A DNA stretch of 64,000 bases from Mobula hypostoma (taxonomy: Eukaryota). Shown piece after piece: positions 26,537 to 39,556 of the stretch; positions within the stretch are counted from its first letter, which is position 1, and the number at the start of each line of letters is the position of its first letter. Under the pieces are notes generated by a model that saw only the letters and a program-made list of their open reading frames with translations, did not search any database and had not been told where the DNA came from. The stretch covers positions 189,474,001-189,538,000 of the forward strand of contig NC_086097.1 of NCBI RefSeq assembly GCF_963921235.1, in the 5' to 3' direction. A program made the translations under genes and the position numbers.

Positions 26537-27719
26537 ATAGAAACATAGAAACATAGAAAATAGGTGCAGGAGTAGGCCATTCGGCCCTTCGAGCCTGCAT
26601 CGCCATTTATTATGATCATGGCTGATCATCCAACTCAGAACCCCGCCCCAGTCTTCCCTCCATACCCCCTGACCCCCGTAGCCACAAGGGCCATATCTAA
26701 CTCCCTCTTAAATATAGCCAATGAACTGGCCTCAACTGTTTCCTGTGGCAGAGAATTCCACAGATTCACCACTCTCTGTGTGAAGAAGTTTTTCCTAATC
26801 TCGGTCCTAAAAGGCTTCCCCTCTATCCTCAAACTGTGGCCCCTCGTTTTGGACTTCCCCAACATTGGGAACAATCTTCCTGCATCTAGCCTGTCCAGTC
26901 CCTTTAGGATCTTATACGTTTCAATCAGATTCCCCCTCAATCTTCTAAATTCCAACGAGTACAAGCCCAGTTCATCAAGTCTTTCTTCATATGAAAGTCC
27001 TGCCATCCCAGGAATCAATCTGGTGAACCTTCTTTGTACTCCCTCTATGGCAAGGATGTCTTTCCTCAGATTAGGGGACCAAAACTGCACACAATACTCC
27101 AGGTGTGGTCTCACCAAGGCCTTGTACAACTGCAGTAGTACCTCCCTGCTCCTGTACTCGAATCCTCTCGCTATAAATGCCAGCATACCATTCGCCTTTT
27201 TCACCGCCTGCTGTACCTGCATGCCCACTTTCAATGACTGGTGTATAATGACACTCAGGTCTCGTTGCACCTCCCCTTTTCCTAATCGGCCACCATTCAG
27301 GTAATAATCTGTTTTCCTATTTTTGCCACCAAAGTGGATAACTTCACATTTATCCACATTAAATTGCATCTGCCATGAATTTGCCCACTCACCCAACCTA
27401 TCCAAGTCACCCTGCATCCTCTTAGCATCCTCCTCACTGCTAACACTGCCACCCAGCTTCGTGTCATCCGCAAACTTGGAGATGCTGCATTTAATTCCCT
27501 CATCCAAGTCATTAATATATATTGTAAACAACTGGGGTCCCAGCACTGAGCCTTGCGGTACCCCACTAGTCACTGCCTGCCATTCTGAAAAGTGCCCGTT
27601 TATTCCCACTCTTTGCTTCCTGTCTGCTAACCAATTCTCCACCCACACCAATACCTTACCCCCAATACCGTGTGCTTTAAGTTTGCACACTAATCTCCTG
27701 TGTGGGACCTTGTCAAAAG
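26537..27719 (-). mobile_element. Young 5'-truncated CR1 with an uninterrupted C-terminal ORF2 (~360 aa)
   Basis: ORF 26635-27774: FDKVPH, GVPQGSVLGP, KFADDTKLGG, LVRPHLEYCVQFW, RNFF/KNFFTQRVVNLWNSLP. 8-nt tail repeat ATAGAAAC at 26537-26560. Confidence 0.95.
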
Positions 27720-28319
27720 TCATGTTTAAGGTTTTCAGCTGACAGCTCACAAGACTGTTTGATGCATAACCCATGAGTGCACGTGCGATGGAGTTTACTC
27801 AGCCTTAGATAATAGTCTTGACATCACACTTGAAAGGCAAAATTCAATTACCCTGAAGATGGGCCTGGAGATTTTGCTCCATGATTAACTTGTGCGCATC
27901 GAATACAATCCAGATGCCACACCAACTTTGTGCTGTCTCCTCAATTAATTGATGTCATCGACTAGTGTCCATTAATTGTACTATTGATTCATTGGATGCG
28001 TCAGCAAGTGCCAATATCGTGAATCACTTACTCTGTTGAAAGCTGGCTTGAACAGTTTCACGCTGATCTCTGCAGCCTAATGAGAAGTGCATTGAGAATG
28101 GAGAAAATAATGCCAAAGATTTTGCAGACCTGGAAATATTGACCTATTACAGAATGTTGGAAATAGAAAGCAATGAGATTTTTTATTGGCCATTGCAGGT
28201 CTTGCTGGGGATGGGGTGGGGTCTGGAAGGTAGAAGAGATGTCCTGCATCCAAACGATAGAGAAGGCCCTCCACATTTATGAATAATAATAGTTTGGAGG
28301 TCAAGGCTGAGGTGTTTGA

Positions 28320-28862
28320 ACATAGAACAGTACAGCACCAGAACAGGCACTTCAGCCAACAACGTTGTGCCAAACCAATTAAATTAGTAATCAAATGGCC
28401 AACTAAATAAATCACTTCTGCCTGCATAATGTCCATATCCTTCCATTTTCCTCACGTTCGTGTGCCTATCTAAATGCCTCCTTAAAAGTCTCCAATGTTT
28501 CAGCCTGCACCTCCACCCCAGGCAGTGCATTCCAGGCACCCACTACTCTCTGTGTAAAAAACTTGTCCCTCACTTTGAAATTACACCCTTCATGTTAAAT
28601 GCGTGTCCAATGGTATTAAATATTTCAACCCCTGGAAAACGATATAAGCTATCTACTCTACCTATGCCTCCAATAATCATATAAACTTCTATCAGATTTC
28701 CCCTCAGCCTCTGCTGTTCCAGGGAAAACAACCCAAGTTTGTCCAACTGCTTGTTATTGCACATACTCTCTATCCGGACAGCATCCTGGTAAACCTCTTC
28801 TGCACCTTCTCTAAAGCCTTGACATCCTTCTTATGATGGGATGACCAGACTGTATGTAAAAC
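28320..28862 (-). mobile_element. Older CR1 3' fragment
   Basis: KLGLFSLEQQRLRGNLIEVYMIIGGI. CATAGAACAGTACAGCAC tail. Confidence 0.75.
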
Positions 28863-28899
28863 TCCGACTTGGATGCAGTTAATCAATGAGTGAATATGT

Positions 28900-29085
28900 C
28901 AGATCAGGCAGTGTCTTTGGAAAGAGAAGCAAGGTGAAATTTTACTTGTTTTTTTACATTTTCTCAGTTCTGATGAAGGGTCTTCAACCTGAAATTGTAA
29001 TTCAGTTTCTCTTTACTGATCCACTGAGAGCTTCCATCTTTTTCTGTCTTTAATCAGATTTTCAGCGTCTGCAATTTTTGATTTT
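28900..29085 (+). repeat. Degenerate Penelope pLTR with hammerhead remnant
   Basis: CTGATGA-AGG-gtcttcaa-CCT-GAAA at 28970-28994, followed by the pLTR-like end AGATTTTCAGCGTCTGCAATTTT. Confidence 0.6.
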
Positions 29086-29664
29086 CATGCATATGTCTGA
29101 TCCTCACAAATATACTAGCCTAACCCTTTGCCCAATTCTTTTCAACTGCCACATACCTACCAACAATCTCTAATGAACTGTACTTAGTATCTAACATTCA
29201 CTTGCCCCAACTCCCCCTTGCACATTACGTCTCATAGCACATTTCACAGCTTGAGCAAGTTACCAGCCATTTAACCAAGACAGTTATATCAGCTGAGATA
29301 AATGTGCAGCATGTGCTAACACATTTTCCTGCCTCCTGTAGCTCAAGTGGTGCAAATTTGTCAGCAGCACCTACTACCTGACTGGTGGTTGTTACGAGAT
29401 GGCCAGTCACAAGCTGAAAGTATGGAATCCTTATTCCTAAATTTCCTCCTCATCCCATGATCTATGCTGATATAGATCAAATAAGGATGTGGTGGGGCAG
29501 GCTATAGAAAAAAAAATGGGAGTTTTACATCATGAAATGTTTTGGAAAATGTTTACTGGATAATGCAACCCGTCATCAGCTTCTCACAGGACTTTATGCA
29601 GAGCCCTAAATTTCATCTTTCCATTGTGGAAATAAACAGTAATTCCATTTGCAAATATGCTCTC

Positions 29665-30179
29665 TTGTACCGAATAAAGTGGCCACTGAGAATATGTTAA
29701 TAGTCTTCTTCAAGGTTTGACATGTTGTGAATTCAGAGATGCTCTTCTGCACACCACTGATGTAACGAGTGGTTATTTGTGTTACTGTAGCCTTTCTGCC
29801 AGCTTGAACCAGTCTGCCCATTCTCCTCTGACCTCTCTCATTAACAAGATGTTTTCACCCACAGAATTGCCGATCACTGGATGTTTTTTTGTTTTTCACA
29901 CCATTCTCCCTAAAACTCTGGATACTATTATGCATGAAAATCGCAGGAGATCAGCAGTTTCTGAGACATTCAAACCACCCCGTCTGGCACCAACAATCAT
30001 TCCACAGTCAAGGTCATTTAGATCATATTTCTTCTGTATTCTGATGTTTGGTGTGAGCAACAAGTGAACCTCCTGATCATGTCTGCATGCTTTTATTCAT
30101 TGAGTTGCTGCCGCATGATTGGCTGATTAAATATCTGCATTAAAGAGCAGGTGTACCTAATGATGTGGTCACTGTGTAT
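29665..30179 (-). mobile_element. Non-autonomous Tc1/mariner element with transposase N-terminal fragment
   Basis: Minus-strand end TA-CACAGTGACCACATCATTAGGTAC at 30179 and a second TIR-like copy at 29667-29690. ORF RLVQAGRKATVTQITTRYISGVQKSISEFTTCQTLK is Tc1 HTH-like. Confidence 0.75.
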
Positions 30180-30384
30180 ATGTATACACAACAATGATGT
30201 AGTGCATTGTGGCCAATGCTGTAATTCCCACTGCAGCACATACTGGATACCCTATATCTGACTGAAAGCAGGCAAATCCAATCTGCTGCCACAGAAATCA
30301 AAAATAAACCAGATGCCAGAAATCTGAAATGGAAACAGAAAAGGTTCAGATGCAGGATACTGGACCTAAGACATTAACTTGTAA

Positions 30385-30860
30385 ATTAGATTTGTTAATT
30401 GTCATATACTCCAATGTTCGATGAAATTCCTTGTTTAAATGAGGTTCCAGGTTCCCAGAGTAAACTATATAGGTATGATAATAATAAATACAGTGACAAG
30501 CACAAAAAAAACAGAAGAATGGCACAAAGGTTGTTATGCTAACTGAAGGAGTGCAATAAAAACAATTAGTAGTGGAATAACTGAGGGAGGAAGTGTTAAG
30601 AGAATGGGAGTGTGGCAGCAATACCCGGAGGGGTGTATGAGGGATGGGATTGACTGATGATTCTGACAGCAGTGTGGAAAAACCTGTTCTTAAGTCTGGA
30701 TATTGGAGCTTTTCAACTTCAGTATGTTCTCCCAGAAAACAGAATGTCAGGGTATCTGGCATGCTTGACTACACCCGAAGCAACGCACCATGGAGATGAA
30801 CTGGGTGGAAGGAAATGATCAGCCTGTAATTGACTGGGCTGTCCTTTCCTCCTTCCACAG
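30385..30860 (-). mobile_element. Rex1/L2-like 3' fragment, decayed
   Basis: Reverse-complement tail and LPDLRTGFSTLLS-like C-terminal remnant. Confidence 0.4.
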
Positions 30861-32574
30861 ATATTATTGACTTGTTGAGATGATGCATTCAGTGACTGGG
30901 CTTCCTAGGCTCAGACTGCTAAAAATGATCTCTCTGGGTTAACACAGTTCCCTTCACTGATCTCCAGCAGCCATTCTACTCGTACACATTACAACACTGA
31001 ATAAAGCAATAACTAAGAACATATTACATTAACACAATAAAATACCAAAACGGACAAAAACACAGCAGAGTTAGGAATTACACAAAATGAATTTTGCATG
31101 GATATAATACCTTATTTCATAAATATTGATGTTAATGTTTAATGGTATTGATTTATGCTTTGTGACTCAGCAGTGTTGTGATATTCATTAACAGAAGAAA
31201 GGTAAAGAGTAAGAATAAGAAGCTTGCACTTACAAGATTCACCTAATTCAGCCTTGGCCTTCCTTGTTTCATCTGCTTTATCAGTTCATCACATAGCTGG
31301 GGGCAGATGGTGTCCTCTTGTAATGGTGAGGTGCATGCAGCATGCAGTAGGTCATCATAAATCAGGCATGCACTCCTCTGAGTATTACAAGGCTCATCCA
31401 GAGTTTTCCAGACAGCAAAGGCATGACAAAGTTCATTCCTGTCAGATATTGTGCAACAGCATTGTGAACATTTTGTTCATAAGAAACAGGATCAGGGGTA
31501 GGCCATTTGTCCCTTCCCTCTCATCTGCAAAAGCTGAAATTTCCAATCATCTGCCTTTTATCATCCAGCAGTCAGTCATTGATATTTTGTAGTAGCATGG
31601 TTGCAAGTAAGACTGTGTAATGTTTCGAAAGAGAGACATCATAACCTCCAAGTTGTATGGTATCAGAAAAGGCTTACTAAATAGTCAGTGAGTGCAGACT
31701 TTGCATGAAGACCTAGCACTGAAAAATACGCAAGAGCCCGAGGCCTGGATCACTGCGTGTCTCAGACTGTCATAGCATTTTCCTTTGCCAAGCAGTATGT
31801 GAAAGAAACCAGGAAGGTTGTGAGTCTGGGTTACTTGTGAGAAGTGGGGAAGGACAGTTTTGAATCAGATGTTTGGGTTGGCAAATCAGGGATGATGGGC
31901 TGATGGGGTTTACACAAGAAGATAAGTGGGGTATCTTGATTATGGGGGATAGGGTTGTGTATGGAGAGTCATATGGCAAATGCAGAACTTGAGGGAGATG
32001 ACAAATCAGTTATGGGGATCTGGTAACAGTTACATGGGTGGGATGAGGGTTTTGTACAGGGCTACATCAGAAGATCCAGAGGGTGATCTATACAGCATGT
32101 AGAGAGAAATATGGGTTGCATTTAGGGCCAGTGACAGGATCCAGAGGGAGAGCAGCTAAATCAGGTAAAGAGAACCAACTCGAAGTGGATTTCCTACATC
32201 ACACCCCAGAATTAGAGAATTCCTCGGTCAGGTCACATGAACAAACAACAAAGCAGGTCTCTCAGATGCTGTGATAAATACCACAAAGAGAGGCCCACAT
32301 CCTCTATGATGTATGATGCTCTAAAGTTAGAGGAAGCATTTGGCCACATACTGCATGCAGTAACATCCTACACATCTTGGCCAAATGAACATGCCAGACT
32401 GATGAAAGGCTAGGGGGTTGGGGAGAGGATATGGATTTTGTGGAAGGCACTCAAGCTCATAACTTTCCTTTGCAATTGTCATTTTATTTAAATTGAATCA
32501 CTCGGCGGCCAAAACCCAGTGCCATGAGATCTGATTTTTGAGCCTGATTGTTGCTGCCAGGATAGAGACTCGTA

Positions 32575-33500
32575 AATTGGTTTATTATTGTCACATGCAC
32601 CAAGGTAGAGTGAAAAATCTGTCTTGCATACTGTTAATACAGATCAATTCAGTACAACAGAGCATTGAGATAATATAAGGTAAAAGCAATAACAGATTAT
32701 AGAATAAAGTGTTTCACCACAGAGTAAATACTGTGCAGGTGGACAGTAAGATGCAAGGTCATAACAAGGTGAATTGCAAGGTCAAGAGTAATAGGGAAAC
32801 AATTTAGTAGTCTTATAACAGCGGGACAGAAGCTTCTCTTGAGCCTGGTGGTACGTTTTCAGTATTTTGCATCTTCTGTCCAATGGGAGGGGGCGGAAGA
32901 GAGAAAACCTGGTGTGGGTGGGATCTTTGATTATGCTGGCTGCTTGGCTAGGCAGACGAGTCCATGGAGGAAAGGCTGGTTTCTGTGATGTGCTGAGCTG
33001 TGTCCACAACTCTCTGCAGACTTGAGGTCACACACACAGAGCAGTTACCACACCAAGCTGTGATGCTTCTGGGTAGGATGTTGGAGCAGAATTTGGCCAC
33101 ACACCTGTGAATATGTAGGGCTTGGAAAAGGGGATAAGCATGCGGTCAAGCCAGGCACCAGTGTTGAGGATATTTGTGGTGGAGATATTGCTGCCTATCC
33201 TTACTGATTGTGGTCTATTGGTCAGGAAACCAAGAATCCAGTTGCAAAGGGAAGTATTGAGTCTCAGGTTTCGGAGTTGGGATGAGCTTGCTTGGAGCTA
33301 TATACAGAGCTGTAGTCAATAAACAATTGACTAATCTATATGCCTATACAGTACAGATGCTCCAGAGATAAGTGTAGGGCCAGGGAGATGACAGCAACCT
33401 TGAACCACTGCAAATCACCTACAGCCAAAACTTCTGTTGACCTGGCTTGACAGTCGGCAAATTGCAGTGGTTGCCTAGGAGGCTGAAATTAATGCATGCC
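32575..33500 (-). mobile_element. Rex1/Babar 3' fragment
   Basis: AASIIKDPTHTRFSLFRPLPLDRRCKILKT. Reverse-complement tail TTGGTTTATTATTGTCACATG. Confidence 0.75.
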
Positions 33501-34539
33501 ATGACTAACTTGCTACCTGGCCTGCCTGATTTGCTACCTCTGTTCACTGAGATTGATATTCAGCACCTGCAACAGGAGCTCTGCACTTTAGAAGAGCTTC
33601 TCTCTACCTCTTCCTCCTTCTACCCTTCTCAAGAACTTTTCCTGTTTTCCATGCTCATTGTGCTGGTTATGCTCTGCCCCACAGGGGATTCTGACTAATA
33701 CAAGTGCAGAGGAATTGGCTTAAGCAGAAACCTTGAAGTCAGGCTAGGTCTTTCATCACTGGCCAAACAACTCTCAGCGGACTTATGTAACTTTAAGTAA
33801 CTATAGAAAACATCAAAGCTTTGCAGAATAACATACTGTACAAAATCAGTCAGCAACTAATCTCTAAACTGGTGGATGATTCCTTTAAATGCTGCTAGTG
33901 ATGACTCTTTTGATGTCAAGCAGTGCTAAACTAGATGGAGTGGAGATGGATGGAGTGAGTTTCTAAATGGCTGCACTGGCAGATTGCTATCTGGAGCTTT
34001 GCCTTTGGGTTCTCAATGACATAGTGCTTGTGATTCATCCTAGAAATGTTCACATGTATTGAGAACATCATCTCAAAGTCACACCTAGTGCTGATAAAAT
34101 TGGCAAGAGCAAACCCAATTTCTCACACTGGAAATGAGTGGCTGTGACAGCTCAACTTTGATGTAGGTTTCTTACGTAAAACTGTTCAATCCCTCACTCA
34201 CATATACACTACTCCATAGATTATTGGTTAGATAAATGGATTTGATTTTCTTCTCTCCAATCCAGGAAATCAAAATGTATTTTCCTAGCTTTATCTCTAG
34301 CTGAGATCAGCTATCTTGGCACAGTTCGGGAAATTAATCTAGTACTTCCAATGTCGGCGTACTGCAGCTAATCGGTAGGTATTGGTATTAAGTCACCATT
34401 CTCCAATCAGTTTAGAACAGATGAGCTTATAATGGAAAGAGAGTAATGAAAAATATTTCTCAAAATAAAAGGGTAACAAGTCAAAAGCCTTTGATCAAAA
34501 TATTAAATGAGAGAAAATGAAACAAAAAACTCTAAAAAC

Positions 34540-34675
34540 TCAGTGCTGATGCAAAGGGCGGAACCCAAAACATTGACTAACCGTCTGTCTCCACCGATGC
34601 AGCTCGACTTGCTGAGCTCCTCCAGCAGCTTCTTTTTCTGCTTCAGATTACAGCATCTGTAGTCTATTATGTCTC
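34540..34675 (+). repeat. Degenerate Penelope pLTR with hammerhead remnant
   Basis: CTGATGCAAAGGGCGGAACCCAAAACATTGACT...GATGCAGCTCGACTTGCTGAGCTCCTCCAGCAG...CAGATTACAGCATCTGTAG is collinear with the pLTR at 53570-53702. Confidence 0.6.
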
Positions 34676-37092
34676 CAGAAGAAAATAGAAATAAACAAAT
34701 CATATGATCGGCATCATAACAGGTTATATTTTCGAGTGAAGCTTTGTTAGAATTGGATGTCTTGGATTCCAATGAGGAGACCCACCTACAAAATTAGCTG
34801 GTATTTCCTGTTCTGACTCTGTTTTGATTGTGCAGGTTTCATACATAATCATCTCTGCTGAGGAAAATAAATTTTTAAATCTTACTATGACAAAATTTTA
34901 AATAAGTGTAAGATCATTGCAAATGCCAGCCAGATTTTCCAGCACCACTGATCAGTAAACTGCACATCACTTATGGAATCCACACCTGAGTGGGGTGTAC
35001 TGATAGTGGAAGCTTCAGTGTGATTCTAATTACTTTGTCAATCCCAATCCACAGTCATTTCCATTTTGAAATGGGATGCAGATTTTACCCTCTCCCTTCT
35101 CCATCAAGTTAAATTAATCCTGTATGGACTGATGCCATCGGATGTAGTTTTCCCTTTATCACATATTGCCGATACAAATGGGCTGCACAAAATAATCTCC
35201 CATAAACATCAACGACATTGCATTTGCTCAGTCATTAGTACCTGCTGCATTACTCACTGTCATTTAAAGATTTGGCCACTGAACTATGTGCCTTTTTTAT
35301 ATGCAGACAACCGACTGACTGGAACCAAATTCCACTAAAAAAACGTGACTGACTGATTGCACTGATATTAGTTTTCCATGAGGGAAAGAGGGTGAGAGAT
35401 CAGCAAAGTGGCATTTAGCCAGAATTGGCTTCATGCTTCATGGCAGCCAATAAATTAAGCTGTCAACAGTACAAAAAGCTCCATTACACCAGATCTACAG
35501 TCTGCTGGTAACTAGCTGGGTGAAAAAAAAATACTGGAAAGAATGGCTTGATGTTTACTCAGGAGTCAGGGAAAAGCAGATGGTCTTCTGGATGGGAATC
35601 CTGCCATTAAGCCTTGCTACAAGCATTAGATTTACTTGACGGCTTCTCTACTGGAAAGAAAGCTGACTGACAGGCAACAAAACAGTTGCATGAGCTGTTA
35701 TTAGGAGATTGGTTTGAGAAGGCTGTATCAGATATAAAGCTGAAAATGGAACATGGAAGCAATATAAAAGTGGGAGCGGCAGGTGGAGGTTGTGAGAGTG
35801 GCGAGAGGGAGGGGCAATCAGAAACCGTGGTAAGTGGATGTGTTATCAGAGGTCAAGAAGATGGAAAGCATCAGACCCTGCAGAGGCAGTTGGTTGCAGT
35901 TGACAAACATGTGGGTGGAGGGGGATTTGTTTATTGAGATGTAGTGGCCTTGTAATTAGATTGTGCCTCTGGGTGTAAATATCTAGTTTGTCTCTAGTCC
36001 TCTGGAAGTGCTGCTAATTCATTTATGTCTTGGATGCATCCTCCTTTTATCTGCCAGTCCCTATGGGTTATATATTAAAAAATGTAAAAACAAGGATGTA
36101 CAGCATCCTTTAACACTTTCATTGAACTTCTGAGACCAAACTGATTGCCTGGTTTTTGACTTGCCCCCATGAACAGAGAGTGGGAAAGTTGGAGGTGAGT
36201 TAGCATTAAAGAGGAGGTATTTTTTATCTCTTATTTAGAGATTATGTACTATTTTCCTTCTTCCACCACTAAATTGAAATAGAATAGTTTATTTTATATA
36301 TGAAAGCACAAAATTATCATGAAATATTTAACAGTTACAAATGCTTAGCTTTGTCCTTGATCATTGATATGAAGACCATGTATTCCTTAAAAATATGATT
36401 AACAAAAAGAGAAAGGGTAATGATCAATATCTTAGTTAAAGATCAAGCAAATATGGTTAGTTCTAATGTCCTTGATTGCACATATTTCTTTCCTCAATGT
36501 GAATGTGAAGAACTCATAGGAACCAAAGGGTGAGAAACCAAAACAATGTTTGCAGGGAAGGACAATGTTGTTGGAAATCCTTTTGGTTAAAGATAGTAGG
36601 TCTTAAATAGCCTGGCCTTCAAAATCAGGCAAGGGGACTGCATTATACGATTAAAGCTTGGCCTTTCATTGGCATGCAGGCAGCATGTTAAATTTGCATG
36701 CACTGCTATTTTAATGATTGCTAGCACTGGCAGTATTGCTCATTATCTACACATTTCAGCAAGGGACCTGAAATCATGAGTGGTTATCCTACTTAAAAGA
36801 AGCCTGAAACTCTTAAAGGGAAATGCACTGCACTGTAGTATTATTTTTCAAAATGATTTTCAGTTGTGGTTTCTTTGAGGAGTGGTTGAACATGTACAAA
36901 AACGTACAGTGTGGTTTTATGAGTATGCACTGAATGTTTTGGTACAAGATGTAGAAAAAAGGAGAATTAATTGGGAAGAAGACACTCCAGATATATGCTT
37001 GAGAGGCAATAGGAGGAAATGTTGGTTAAGACCAGTGCAGATATTCAGAACCCATTTTGAGTTGTTAAAATTGGTGGATTATTCTCAATACG

Positions 37093-37280
37093 CCAGCTGG
37101 TGAAGCAGTGTGGCATCCACACTGGACTTTGAGGTGAGTGGTCCCGGGTTAGAGTCTGGCTGGGTGCTTGCACACTTTCCATCCATGCTGGGTTGAATGT
37201 TAAGATAGCTACTCGGCCTTGTAAAAAAACAGGCAAATGCTAAAAGAAATGACAAGTTTGCTGCCTGATGTGCCACAAGG
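37093..37280 (+). mobile_element. tRNA-derived SINE, possibly with an RTE-type tail
   Basis: Degenerate tRNA head (GCTGGTGAAGCAGTG...CCCGGGTTAGAGTC). 3' end GCCACAAGGCGTGGAAAGGAACGACAACA. Confidence 0.5.
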
Positions 37281-39556
37281 CGTGGAAAGGAACGACAACA
37301 GTTCTTAATGTGGGTTATTTTATTAAATACCCTCTTACTTTCTCACATCCTCACAACTCTTAATTCATTACACTCCCATTGCTCTGTTGTCAGTCAACTA
37401 GGTCCTTTAAATCATACACTGGTCCTTACCTTCACAGTGCAACGTAGCAGAGTGGTTAAGTTACTTGAAAGATATAAGTGAACCAGCTGAGCATTTTCCG
37501 ATAATTGTGTAGATTCTTGACTATCATTACTAAGAGCTGTTATATTTTCAGATTTACTTGTACTTAAATCCCCACCTGTCCTGATGGTAGTTGCATTTAT
37601 ATGTCTGGATTAATAGTTCAGAACTCTAACCAGTAACTTCATCACCAAGATAGAGTAACAGTCTGAAGAACAAAGTCACAATCTGTATGAAAGGTCTGAG
37701 TTCTATAATAGAAAGAAAACTACTGAAACCAAATGACGTGAATGCGATTTCCAACTGAGCTATGTATCTGGGTCCTGATTTTGTATCCCAGGAAAGCTGA
37801 CTGGTATCCTAACAGCAGGTTCTATGGAGTTCACTTTAGCAACCAGTTTCTGTTGATGGTAATTTAGTTATCAACATGCATGCATCACCAACGCCTTTGA
37901 GACACGTGTCACATCAGAATTTAGATTTCTTGCTTTCACTCTGTAGAAATAGTCAAATGAAAAGAAAATTAAAGTCATTTAGAATTGTTTTCAACCAGTT
38001 TCAAAGACGGATAATTGTAATGTGTGGTTTATGGAAAGTAGCATACTCATTCGTGGTTCTTTCATCTGTCATCCAAACTCCTGGAACATGAATACTACCT
38101 ATTGATGAGGAGAAGAATGTTATCCTAATTTTTCCATTCTTTAATTAAGGACCTATGTGGTCATTTATAGTGGACATTTTGCCAATTTGATTAAGATTAA
38201 CTGAGCTAACACAAACCATACCGGAGTACATTCATTATCAGCCCTCATGAAGCATTAATACACTAAGCCATCACAATCAGATTTATCCTTCATTACCATC
38301 TCAAAAATTAGCAGCTGTTGTGCATTAGTCATGCAGTGAAGCATTAAAATTTTAATGGGCACTTGTACAGACCAATGTTATCAGAAATTATGCCAAGGGT
38401 AATTAAATAAACTGGATCAGCACAATCTGGGGGGAAAAAAAACTTTGTACAAAAAAGGCAGCTTACTGATAAAAAACAAAATTGAGAAACCAAGGTTCAA
38501 CAAAAGAATATTTTATATCTGAAATATCTATTTTATCATCAATGACTTTTACATGAAAAACATGAAAATCGTACAATGTGTTTGATCTGCTGTACTTCAA
38601 GAAATTACTAGATTTATCGGTAGGCACTCGAATGATGGGGAAATGAAATTCGACTTTTCTCGGATCTCTGAGATTGTCTCCTCTAGTTGTTGCATGAGCA
38701 CAGCTAGATGTCCTTCAGCTACAGCTCTATGTTAAGAAATACCAATGACCTCAGGTGAGCTGACTGCTGACCCTTACTGGTGAGAATTGCTTGCATAGAA
38801 TAAATTAAGAAAACACAAGAAAATTCAATTCAGTTCCAACCAATTCCACTTCATCTTAGGTAAAATAGTCAGACGTGAATTTCTCCGGTCATTATTGATC
38901 ACAATATTTTATATGTTTCACTGAAAAATTGACTCTGAAATCAAGGATTGGTTATTTTATATCTTTAGCATTTCTTAAGGCATCTCAAAAAGCTTATCTT
39001 CAAAACCACAGATAAAATATGGGGAAAATAGGGGCACAGAAATCTTCTCCTTCTGTAACTTAATCCCTTTTAAGTAACAATGAAATAAACATTTTAGTAA
39101 GTACCCACAAGTAAAGAACCAAATTATTGAGCAGATAGCAGTAAATAACCATTAATCAAACATTATTTTGCTTGCCTCTATACATATTCATTTGCCTAGT
39201 AATGAATTAGTTCTAACAATATAAATGGCCGTTGATCTTCAATGTGATAGCTTGCTGCTGGCGTACAGAATATGTGATTTCTGGAAAATGATGGCATATC
39301 ATTTTCTATGTAAGCAATTACTTTTTCAATTAATGTCTTTTTCATGCCACTGTTTCAAATCATACACTATTAAAGTTACATTATATTGTAGACTCTTCAA
39401 AGAAAGTTGTATTAACAAAGTGTGAAGACCTAATGATTGTGAAGATCTTGGTTCTTAGTGAGAAAGTGAGACATTACAGAACTTGTATGAGAGCCCAATG
39501 CCAGCTGCAAAAGTTGCTTTTGTATAGTTTGTTTTTATTAAATTAAGAACTGGGAT

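Noticed and set aside
26612..27742. Plus-strand ORFs of 230 aa and 139 aa
   Set aside because: Antisense shadows of the CR1 ORF2 on the minus strand.
27720..27774. N-terminal 18 aa of the 379-aa ORF
   Set aside because: Chance read-through from flanking DNA. CR1 homology begins at FDKVPH (~27719).
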